Below are positions 10,773 to 17,824 of a stretch of DNA of 17,824 nt, piece by piece. The position numbers were made by a program, and so were the translations under genes. The stretch covers positions 1 through 17,824 of the forward strand of contig CAXTKV010000105.1 in the NCBI GenBank assembly GCA_964244895.1. The letters run 5' to 3'. Under the pieces are notes generated by a model. That model was given only the letters and a program-made list of their open reading frames with translations, made no database searches and was not told the DNA's origin. How positions within the stretch are numbered: position 1 is the stretch's first letter; each line of letters begins with the position of its first letter. The stretch comes from an uncultured Deinococcales bacterium. GTDB lineage: Bacteria; Deinococcota; Deinococci; Deinococcales; JAAFIG01.

Positions 10773-11318
10773 GTGCCAGAGATCGCTGAACTCTTCCCGA
10801 AAAGCTTTCTGGAACGCCAGGGCGCGACCCTGGAAGGCGTGCAGTCGCGCATCGAACGGGCCAGCGCGTTGCTGGACACCAGGCTCGAGGCCGTGCCAGA
10901 AAGCGCATTTTACGCCCCGACCGCTCCCGACAAATGGAGCCCCGCCGAAATCGCGGATCACGTCATCAGGGTCAACCGCCTGATCGCGCAAGCCCTCCGG
11001 ATCGGATTGCGGCGCACCACCGACCCTGGCCTGGTGATTCTGCGAATGCCGCGCGGACACGTCACCCCGGAAGGCAACACCATCGCGCCAACCGGGACGG
11101 AACCCGCACCGGGACGCGACAGGCGCGCCCTGAACACCGAACTCGAGGCGGGATTCGCGGACATTTCGCTGCTCGCGCACGATCTGGACACCGCCGACGC
11201 GCTGAACATCACCTGCGTCGATCAGTCCTTCTTCGGAGAGATGAACGCGCGCGAATGCCTGCAATTGATCGCCTGGCACACCGCGCACCACGCCCGGCAA
11301 CTGCCCGAGGCTGAATGA
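10773..11318 (+). CDS. DinB/YfiT family protein, 181 aa
   Basis: KWSPAEIADHV and WHTAHHARQL supply the His triad; FFGEM motif. TAGACT lies 6 nt before the GTG. Confidence 0.88.
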   Translation: MPEIAELFPKSFLERQGATLEGVQSRIERASALLDTRLEAVPESAFYAPTAPDKWSPAEIADHVIRVNRLIAQALRIGLRRTTDPGLVILRMPRGHVTPEGNTIAPTGTEPAPGRDRRALNTELEAGFADISLLAHDLDTADALNITCVDQSFFGEMNARECLQLIAWHTAHHARQLPEAE

Positions 11319-11439
11319 GCGCTTGTGACCAGGCTTTCACTGGACGGGCACACGAACCGGATAACATGACCGCAATTGCAGGCTCAGATCCTTGCCAGAA
11401 GATTCAAACGGGTGAATTCCGACGCACCGTACTCAAGAC

Positions 11440-11487
11440 CGCTCGAGCCAGCAGTGCAGCAGACGCTCGAGCCAGCAATGCAGCAGA
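11440..11487. repeat. 24-bp tandem duplication
   Basis: CGCTCGAGCCAGCAGTGCAGCAGA / CGCTCGAGCCAGCAATGCAGCAGA, one mismatch. Confidence 0.9.
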
Positions 11488-11502
11488 ACGGAGGGGGTTC
11501 CG

Positions 11503-12705
11503 TTGACCACCATTCCAGCGCCAAACATTCAACCCGAGACGCACCCTGAAACACCCCAGGAGTCATCTCGTGCATCCGCGCGCGGGTTGTGGCTGATCTC
11601 GCCTTTTTACGATCTCTCGTTCATCATTTTCTCGAGCGCACTGCTGTTCCTGCCCCACCTGGGCGCTTACCTGGCCAGCCAATCCGGTGCGGGATCATCG
11701 GACAGCAGCAACTGGTTGAACGCCAACGTGATCGTGGATTTGTTCGTGACGGCCTTCATCGGTGGGCCGCATTTGTTTGCGACCTACACCATGACCTTCA
11801 TGGAACCCCGTTTCCGCGAGCGCTACAAGCGTTACACCTGGGGCGCGCTGTTGATGCCCGTGATCGTGCTGTCGCTCGCGATTTTCAACCTGACGCTCTT
11901 GGTCACGATCTTTTTCTTCTGGGCCAGCGTTCACGTCATCCACCAGGCCGCGTACATCGCGGATTCGTACAGGTTTAAAGATCCGCGTTTCAACCAGACG
12001 GCTTTCGTCTTCTGGAAACGGGCCTCCAGGGTCATCGATTACGGCTTGCTGATGACCAGCCTCTACCCGATTGCGACCTTCAAATTCACCGACACGCCCT
12101 TGATCATCGGCGGGCAGAACTTCTCGAGCGACGGCTTCCAGACGGGCGGACGAGCTTTGTTGTTCCCGGAATTCTTAAAAACCGAATGGCTGGCGTACCT
12201 GGCGACCGCCGGGTTCGTGTTCTTCCTGGCGCTCTTTATTTTCAAGACCATTTGGGAGGCGCGGGTCGGGTTGTTCCACGGCCCCAAAACCCTGCACATG
12301 AGCCTGGCCGCCGCGCTGTTCTTCATCACGCCCGTGCTGCCCAACCTGGACGTGGCTTTTCAGGGCTTGAACGTCTGGCATTCGTTTCAGTACCTGGCGG
12401 TCGTGCTGTACCTGAACCGCGTGCGCTCCGAACGCGGTCTGATCGGGTCGGCGTTCGTGGCGAACGTCTCGAGGTCGGGACGGAGCCTGTACTGGCTGTG
12501 CTTTCTGTTCACGTTGGGCGCGGCGGTGGCGTACTTGCTGGTGCGCGGGGCGCTGTTGGTGTTCAACGTCTGGCCCGGCGATCTGATGCAGCAGCACTAC
12601 TTTTCCTTTTATACGGTCGTGCTTTCCGCGCTGTTGATTCACTATTACTTCGATCACTTCCTGTTCTTGCAGGTCGATGACGTGATCACGCCCAAGTGGA
12701 CTTGA
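11503..12705 (+). CDS. Polytopic membrane protein with four His motifs, function unknown, 400 aa
   Basis: About 9-10 hydrophobic segments with GPHLFATY, WASVHVIHQ, WHSFQY and IHYYFDH. GGAGGGGG lies before the TTG start. Confidence 0.85.
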   Translation: MTTIPAPNIQPETHPETPQESSRASARGLWLISPFYDLSFIIFSSALLFLPHLGAYLASQSGAGSSDSSNWLNANVIVDLFVTAFIGGPHLFATYTMTFMEPRFRERYKRYTWGALLMPVIVLSLAIFNLTLLVTIFFFWASVHVIHQAAYIADSYRFKDPRFNQTAFVFWKRASRVIDYGLLMTSLYPIATFKFTDTPLIIGGQNFSSDGFQTGGRALLFPEFLKTEWLAYLATAGFVFFLALFIFKTIWEARVGLFHGPKTLHMSLAAALFFITPVLPNLDVAFQGLNVWHSFQYLAVVLYLNRVRSERGLIGSAFVANVSRSGRSLYWLCFLFTLGAAVAYLLVRGALLVFNVWPGDLMQQHYFSFYTVVLSALLIHYYFDHFLFLQVDDVITPKWT

Positions 12706-12723
12706 AGCTCGGACAGTAAGGAC

Positions 12724-12764
12724 ACCATCACGGACGCATTCTCGAGAACGTCGTCTAGTACGGT
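12724..12764. repeat. Paired intergenic box, 26-bp spacing (degenerate)
   Basis: ACCATCACGGACGCA-ttctcgagaac-GTCGTCTAGTACGGT-gttctcgag. Confidence 0.7.
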
Positions 12765-12946
12765 GTTCTCGAGTTTATTTGGGCATGAAATTTGATGCTC
12801 GAGCGCCTCGTTCAGGGCATCCCATCTCGAGCGGCGAACGATGCGCGCACCTGCTCGAACCATTGAATGTTCACCAATCCTTGAGCCAGGTGACAACTCA
12901 CATCTCCAGTGGGTAATCTTGGGCTCACGGCAAAGCACTCAATCAC

Positions 12947-13885
12947 ATGAAACCTTCGATCACCGCACGTTCAATTCTGCTGGGCGCGAGCCTGATCGCC
13001 AGCGTCGGCTTCGCGGCGTGGTCTTACGTCAACCTGTCCAATCAGCGCGACGCGTTGCAATCGCGCAGCTTGCGGCTCGAGACGAAACTGGCCGCCAGCA
13101 GCGCGCGCGTCACCGCACTCGAGGCGGAGCAAGTCCAAACCCAGGGCAAACTGGCGCAGGCCACGGGTCAGATCAAACAGTTCAACGCGCAAGCCAAAGC
13201 CATCCAGGGCAAGGTCGCGGAACTTCAGGCGCAGGTCGCTCGGGTCAACGCGAATGGGGCGGGCGTGCAGCGCACCTCGGGCCGGATTGTGAGCGCATCC
13301 AGCGACCCGATCAGTTCATTGAGCAACCTCTTCGCCCAACTTTCCAGCACCGATCGGCGCGTCAAGGACGTGATCGGAAGCCTGGAAAAAGCTGCCGATC
13401 AGGAAGCTCGCATCCCGAGCGGTCGCCCCGTGGATGGGCCGATCACCAGCACCTTCGGCTTTCGTTTCGGCCCGAAAACCGGCAAGCTCGAGCGGCACAC
13501 CGGCTGGGACATCGCCGCGCCCGAGGGCACGCCCGCGCAGGTCACGGCTTCCGGCACGGTCATCGAGGCGGGCTGGTCGGACGTGGGTTACGGCCTGCAC
13601 GTGGTGGTGGATCACGGCAACGGATTGAAAACGCTCTACGGGCATCTTTCCCAGATCGATGTTGCCGTTGGTGACGAGCTCGTGCTGGGCAGCGCGGTCG
13701 GGCTGGTCGGTTCGACCGGGAATTCTACGGGGCCGCACCTGCACTACGAGGTTCGGCTGGAAGACGTGGCGGTCGATCCCGGCCCGTTCCTGGATCGCAC
13801 CCGACCCGCGATTCCGCTCCTGCCGACGCCGAACGCCGCGCCTCTGGGGACTGGCCTGCCACCCTCGAGACCGCTCAGTCCCTGA
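12947..13885 (+). CDS. M23 family metallopeptidase with N-terminal anchor and coiled coil, 312 aa
   Basis: HTGWD (HxxxD), TLYGHL and GSTGNSTGPHLHYEV motifs. Hydrophobic N-terminus followed by a heptad-rich stalk. Confidence 0.92.
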   Translation: MKPSITARSILLGASLIASVGFAAWSYVNLSNQRDALQSRSLRLETKLAASSARVTALEAEQVQTQGKLAQATGQIKQFNAQAKAIQGKVAELQAQVARVNANGAGVQRTSGRIVSASSDPISSLSNLFAQLSSTDRRVKDVIGSLEKAADQEARIPSGRPVDGPITSTFGFRFGPKTGKLERHTGWDIAAPEGTPAQVTASGTVIEAGWSDVGYGLHVVVDHGNGLKTLYGHLSQIDVAVGDELVLGSAVGLVGSTGNSTGPHLHYEVRLEDVAVDPGPFLDRTRPAIPLLPTPNAAPLGTGLPPSRPLSP

Positions 13886-13903
13886 AGACTCAGTCCCTGA
13901 AGA
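13874..13903. repeat. Perfect 15-bp tandem duplication spanning the M23 stop codon
   Basis: CTCAGTCCCTGAAGA twice. Confidence 0.9.
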
Positions 13904-13910
13904 AAGGAAG

Positions 13911-13950
13911 ACCGTCCAGCACGCATGTCTCAAGACGCGTGCTGGACGGT
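13911..13950. repeat. Paired intergenic box, 25-bp spacing
   Basis: ACCGTCCAGCACGC-N12-GCGTGCTGGACGGT between convergent genes. Confidence 0.95.
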
Positions 13951-13990
13951 GTTTTCGCGTTTCATCTCGAGCATTCGGGCGGAGCCGACC

Positions 13991-14389
13991 TCACTTCTTG
14001 GTCAATGTGAAGGTTCCCGGCGTGCTGCCCGTGCCCCCGCCCGTCCACGAACCGCTCAGGGTCGTGGCCGTGAGGTTGGCCGTCATGTTGATCGCCGTGC
14101 CGGAACCCGTCGGGGTCAGCACGATGCTCGCGGAGGCGTTGGTGCGCGTACCGCTGATGGTCGCGAGCGGCGTACCGCAGGACGCGAACGTGGTGTCCGT
14201 GCACTGGTAGGCCGACCCGCCCAGCGCGCCGCTCGCATCGGTGATGGTCAGACGCGTGTTGAAAGCGTTCGAGGCTCCGGTCGTGAACGTACCCTCCCAG
14301 GTTCCGTTGGCGCTGGTTCCGGCGGGTGTGGATGAGCAGGCGGCGAAGATCGTGGTGAGCGCGAGCACCAGCATTATTTTTCGGAGCAT
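13991..14389 (-). CDS. Small Thr/Gly/Ser-rich lipoprotein, 132 aa
   Basis: MLRKIMLVLALTTIFAA-C lipobox with AAGGGG SD. Beta-strand-like segments GTWEG, LSGSW and GTFTLTK. Confidence 0.85.
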   Translation of the reverse strand: MLRKIMLVLALTTIFAACSSTPAGTSANGTWEGTFTTGASNAFNTRLTITDASGALGGSAYQCTDTTFASCGTPLATISGTRTNASASIVLTPTGSGTAINMTANLTATTLSGSWTGGGTGSTPGTFTLTKK

Positions 14390-14575
14390 CTTGACCCCTT
14401 CGGTTGCTATCGAGAACCTGAACGATCGGCTTTGAGCCGGCGTCCAGTGTAAACGCAACCCGAATTTCACCGACCAAGAGATGGGTGAACCGAAACCCGG
14501 ATCGGGGCGTACCTGTGTCGGCCTCGAGACCGGAGCAGCGCACCGGTGCGCGTTAGGCTCGAGCCAGGAGGCATC

Positions 14576-15598
14576 ATGCACGTATTTGACACGGTGATCA
14601 TCGGTGGCGGCCCGGCGGGACTGGCCGCCGCCTTGCACCTCGCGTTTCACGGGCGGGACGCGCTGGTGCTGGATCGGCGCACGGGGCCGTTGTGGTTCAC
14701 GCTGACGCCGCTGTGGAACGTGCCGGGCTTCGTCGGGCAATCCGGCGTGGCCATCCAGAAAGCCATGCAGCAAGAAGCCATCCGGGCGGGCGCGAAAGTG
14801 CAGTCCGGCAGCGTCACGCGGATTTCCGGTTCTGTGGGCGAGTTCGTGCTGGAAACTGAAAAAGGCGAGACGCACCACGCCAAAACCGTGCTGCTGGCCA
14901 CCGGGGTGGCGCGGCATCACCCGCTGGTGAACGGCGAATATGAACCGTGGTTGAAGTACGCCGCCAAGGGCAACACGTACTACTGCCCGGACTGCGAAGC
15001 GCCCGAACTGACCGGCAAGGATCTGGTCGTGATCGGCGTGGGCGGCGCGAACAGCGCGGTCGCGGAAGCGATCCCGCTGGTGGAGTTCGCGGCCCGCACG
15101 CGTTTGCTGCTGACGGGCGGCGCGGAGTTCAAACCCGAATGGGAAAAAAAACGCCGCGCGTTGGGGCTCGAGGTGATTCGCGGTTCGATCCAAAGCGTGG
15201 ACGGCTCGAAAGGCATCGTGCGGGCCGTGATCCTGGAAGACGGCACGCGCGTCGAAGCGGAGGCCTGGTACGTCTCCAGCCCGAAAGAGCCGCGCAACGA
15301 CCTGGCCAGACAACTGGGGCTCGAGATCGGGCCGAAAGGCCACATCCTGACCCTGCCGCGCGGTCAGGCGCGGCTGGCCGGGCGAGCTGACGATGCGTGG
15401 CTGGAGGGCGTCTGGGCGGCGGGCGACGTGCAACCGCAGACGCAGCAGGTCAGCATCGCGGCGGGCGCGGGCAACCGGGCCGCCGTGATGATCGATCAGT
15501 TCCTTCAGAAGCGCGAACCGCGCAGCCTGGGCCTGGTTCCCGGCGCACGGTTCGAGCCGCCGATCAAACGCGAGGCCAAAACACCGTCCAGCACGTGA
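14576..15598 (+). CDS. Thioredoxin-reductase-like NAD(P)/FAD-dependent oxidoreductase, 340 aa
   Basis: IIGGGPAG, LLATG, CPDC redox motif, GVWAAGDV and QQVSIAAGAG. AGGAGG lies before the ATG at 14576. Confidence 0.9.
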   Translation: MHVFDTVIIGGGPAGLAAALHLAFHGRDALVLDRRTGPLWFTLTPLWNVPGFVGQSGVAIQKAMQQEAIRAGAKVQSGSVTRISGSVGEFVLETEKGETHHAKTVLLATGVARHHPLVNGEYEPWLKYAAKGNTYYCPDCEAPELTGKDLVVIGVGGANSAVAEAIPLVEFAARTRLLLTGGAEFKPEWEKKRRALGLEVIRGSIQSVDGSKGIVRAVILEDGTRVEAEAWYVSSPKEPRNDLARQLGLEIGPKGHILTLPRGQARLAGRADDAWLEGVWAAGDVQPQTQQVSIAAGAGNRAAVMIDQFLQKREPRSLGLVPGARFEPPIKREAKTPSST

Positions 15599-15632
15599 AT
15601 CCTCGCGCCTCAGGAAGACCGTTCTGGACGGT
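15583..15632. repeat. Paired intergenic box, 35-bp spacing
   Basis: ACCGTCCAGCACGTG (15583-15597, overlapping the last codons and stop of the upstream gene) and gaag-ACCGTTCTGGACGGT-cttc (15618-15632). Confidence 0.9.
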
Positions 15633-15660
15633 CTTCTTTGCGCACCCGTAGAATCCGCGC

Positions 15661-16305
15661 ATGACCAGATTCATCTACCGCAAACCGCCAGGTGGTCTCC
15701 CCTACGCCCTGCACGTGCCCGAAGGTGCGCCGCCCGAAGGCGGCTGGCCGTTGATCGTATTCCTGCACGGTTCCGGCGAGCGCGGCAGCGACGGTCGGAA
15801 ACAAACCACCGTCGGCATCGGCGCGGCGATCCTGGAAAAGCCCGGACGCTGGCCTGCGGTGGTGCTGATGCCGCAATGCCCGGATGGTCTGGCCTGGAAG
15901 GGCACGATGCTCGAGATCGTGTACGGACTGATGGTGCAGACCGAGCGCGAGTTCGAGACGAATCCCGAACGCACCGTTCTGACCGGCCTGTCCCTGGGCG
16001 GTCAGGGCGCGTGGAACATGGCCTGCGCTTACCCGGATCGTTTCGCCGCCATCGCGCCGATCTGCGGCGCTGCCGACCCGTTCGAGGTCTCCAGGCTGCG
16101 CGGCGCGCGCATCTGGAACGTTCACGGCGATGCCGATTCCGTCGTGCCCGTCGAGTGCTCTCGGGTGCTGGAAATCATGCTCAGGAAAACCGGTCACCGA
16201 TCAATCAAGTTCACGGAATATCCGGGCGTGGATCACAACTGCTGGGATCTGGCGTACCGCGACCCGAAGTTCGTGCGTTGGGTTTTCTCGAGCCACAAGA
16301 AGTAG
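15661..16305 (+). CDS. Alpha/beta-fold serine hydrolase (phospholipase/carboxylesterase or peptidase S9-like), 214 aa
   Basis: FLHGSGERG, GLSLGG nucleophile elbow, HGDADSVVP and DHNCW. TAGAAT lies 6 nt before the ATG. Confidence 0.88.
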   Translation: MTRFIYRKPPGGLPYALHVPEGAPPEGGWPLIVFLHGSGERGSDGRKQTTVGIGAAILEKPGRWPAVVLMPQCPDGLAWKGTMLEIVYGLMVQTEREFETNPERTVLTGLSLGGQGAWNMACAYPDRFAAIAPICGAADPFEVSRLRGARIWNVHGDADSVVPVECSRVLEIMLRKTGHRSIKFTEYPGVDHNCWDLAYRDPKFVRWVFSSHKK

Positions 16306-16310
16306 AGAAG

Positions 16311-16350
16311 ACCGTCCAGCACGCGAGTATGAAAACGCGTGCTGGACGGT
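16311..16350. repeat. Paired intergenic box, 25-bp spacing
   Basis: ACCGTCCAGCACGC-N12-GCGTGCTGGACGGT. With its flanks it fills the whole 51-nt gap between convergent stop codons. Confidence 0.95.
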
Positions 16351-16356
16351 GTTTTC

Positions 16357-16797
16357 TCAATCCTCGAGTTTTTCCGGCTCGAGACCCATGCCCACCGCGA
16401 TCCGCTCGAAATCCTCGCGCGTCATCTCCAGATGGCCGCGATGGAACGGGTAACCCCAGCGTTTCACGTCCGTGATGAACGACAGGTGCTCGAGCAGGGG
16501 CTTAATAGGCGCGTCGTGGACGATCTTTTGAAAGTTCACGTCACGGCGGAAGGGCTTGAAGTCCGGCCCCATGTCACCGATGTACACATCTTTGGGTTCG
16601 ATCCGTCCAATCGCGGTGAAGGCTTGCACGGGCTCGCCGCCGTCCAATGCCGTGCGGGGCGAGTAGTACGCGATCCAGTCGCCGGGTTTCATGCTTTCCA
16701 GCGCGGCTTTCTTGCCGTGCCCGAGTTGCGCGAAACCGCCAAGAACGCCGTTCATGACGTGGTTTTTTGAGGCCACGCCGATCCAGTATCGGGTCAT
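16357..16797 (-). CDS. EVE domain protein, 146 aa
   Basis: YWIGVASKNHV, GFAQLGHGKKA, MKPGDWIAYYSP, QAFTAIG, PFRRDV and WGYPFHRG motifs. Confidence 0.9.
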   Translation of the reverse strand: MTRYWIGVASKNHVMNGVLGGFAQLGHGKKAALESMKPGDWIAYYSPRTALDGGEPVQAFTAIGRIEPKDVYIGDMGPDFKPFRRDVNFQKIVHDAPIKPLLEHLSFITDVKRWGYPFHRGHLEMTREDFERIAVGMGLEPEKLED

Positions 16798-16798
16798 G

Positions 16799-17281
16799 TC
16801 ATTTCCTTTCGAGCAAGCGCCTGAGGGTTTGAGTGAACTCGCGCGAGGGATTTAACACTCGCGCTCGACGCGCATCGTTTGTCTCGAGCGAGGCGAAGAA
16901 GTCCGCGTCCACGGCCTCGACGACCGCGATGGCCTGGGACACGAGTTCGGTTCCGGCGTCCGTGGCGCGCAACCACCGCGCTCGAGCATCGGCGGGGTTG
17001 ATGCGGCGTTCGATCAATCCGCGTTCCTCCAAGGCGCGCACGATCTGCGAGGTCATCATCGCGTCCGTCCCGGCGCGCTGAGCGAGTTCCGACTGCGTGA
17101 CGGTGTCCACGGATTTGTTCATCCAGGCCAGCACCGCCAGGATCACGAATTGGGCATGGGTCAGACCGTGCGGTTGCAGGGCAGCCCGGATCGCGCGTTG
17201 CCAGGCATTGGTGACGCGCCAGAGCAGGAATCCGGGGCTGTCCTCCGGGGTGGCAAATTCAGATTCGAGCGGGTTGGGCAT
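16799..17281 (-). CDS. MarR family transcriptional regulator, about 160 aa
   Basis: SPGFLLW..TNAWQR, LTHAQFVIL, TQSELA, MTSQIVRALE.RGLIER and DARA motifs. The start at 17281 is inferred from the family N-terminus. Confidence 0.9.
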   Translation of the reverse strand: MPNPLESEFATPEDSPGFLLWRVTNAWQRAIRAALQPHGLTHAQFVILAVLAWMNKSVDTVTQSELAQRAGTDAMMTSQIVRALEERGLIERRINPADARARWLRATDAGTELVSQAIAVVEAVDADFFASLETNDARRARVLNPSREFTQTLRRLLERK

Positions 17282-17726
17282 GAAAAGGATCGTACCCGTT
17301 CGGGTGCTGGGGGCTTTCGGCCAACCGCGCGAGGGCGTGTACAGCTTCCGGCAAACCGCGTTCGATGTTTGCCCCAATCGTGTCTGCGAGGCGTTCCCAG
17401 GCCTCGCCCACGATGCTAGCGCGGTGCGTGATGCGGGTGCCTTCTGGGGTGATTTCCAGCGTGTGAACGAAGCGGACGGTCGCGCCGGGCAGAGGTGTTT
17501 CGCTCGTGAAGAGCATCAAGGCTTCAACTTCGGTGAGCGCGAAAGGCAGGGCTGTGGGCGAACCTTCGATGATCATTGTGCCGCGAGCACCGACCTCGAA
17601 TGCGCCCTCGAGCCTGGAGGATTCCAGGGCGTGATCCCATCGCGGCCAGGTTTCGACGTTGGCGTAGAGCTTCCAGATGGCTTCAATCGTGGCGCTCGAG
17701 ATCGTGCTGGCTTCGGTGTTCCACAT
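17259..17726 (-). CDS. SRPBCC/polyketide cyclase family protein, 155 aa
   Basis: IWKLYANVETWPRWD, LEGAFEVG and GTRITH motifs. AAAGGAGA SD. Confidence 0.88.
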   Translation of the reverse strand: MWNTEASTISSATIEAIWKLYANVETWPRWDHALESSRLEGAFEVGARGTMIIEGSPTALPFALTEVEALMLFTSETPLPGATVRFVHTLEITPEGTRITHRASIVGEAWERLADTIGANIERGLPEAVHALARLAESPQHPNGYDPFHAQPARI

Positions 17727-17751
17727 GGTGTCTCCTTTGGTTTGCTCGTTA

Positions 17752-17781
17752 ATAGTATGTGCGCTTAGTATATTGAATCAA
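17752..17781 (-). promoter_or_regulatory. Promoter of the SRPBCC-MarR-EVE operon with an overlapping dyad (candidate MarR operator)
   Basis: TTGATT-18 bp-TACTAT on the minus strand. The imperfect palindrome ATAGTATGTG|CGCTTAGTAT (17752-17771, 7/10 pairs) covers the -10. Confidence 0.55.
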
Positions 17782-17824
17782 TACGCCACCTGACGTATCG
17801 CTTCCCCTATCAGCCGATCCCAGG

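Noticed and set aside
11319..11439. Additional boxes near 11334 and 11426
   Set aside because: Only half-site matches (CTGGACGG, CACCGTA), without the dyad or the 25/35-bp spacing.
14390..14575. Riboswitch in the lipoprotein/oxidoreductase intergenic region
   Set aside because: Only a small hairpin (CGGCT-TTG-AGCCG) and -10-like hexamers are present, with no recognisable aptamer consensus.
14390..15433. N-terminal 348 aa of the 480-aa minus-strand ORF as a fusion protein
   Set aside because: It is antisense to the oxidoreductase, and the lipoprotein has its own SD and signal peptide at 14389.

Overview
GC-rich chromosomal window from a Deinococcales-like bacterium. The tmRNA tag reads (A)GNQNYALAA, gyrB stands alone with an RDRM/DdrO-type operator, and several genes look leaderless. 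Genes in order: FlaR-like P-loop kinase, ACT-domain protein, small membrane protein, gyrB, ssrA, bshC, ComB-family phosphatase, WecB/TagA glycosyltransferase, patatin fused to an Omp85-like barrel, DinB protein, His-motif membrane protein, M23 peptidase, lipoprotein, TrxB-like oxidoreductase, serine hydrolase, and an SRPBCC-MarR-EVE operon. I see no mobile element or CRISPR array. The most striking features are non-coding. (1) About 26 copies of a 15-bp quasi-palindromic box (ACCGTCCAGSACGSN, core CGT-N5-ACG) occupy most intergenic gaps, nearly always as pairs spaced exactly 25 or 35 bp apart, a difference of about one helical turn. (2) CTCGAG is roughly 10-fold over-represented, like a highly iterated palindrome. 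All counts and alignments were done by eye.
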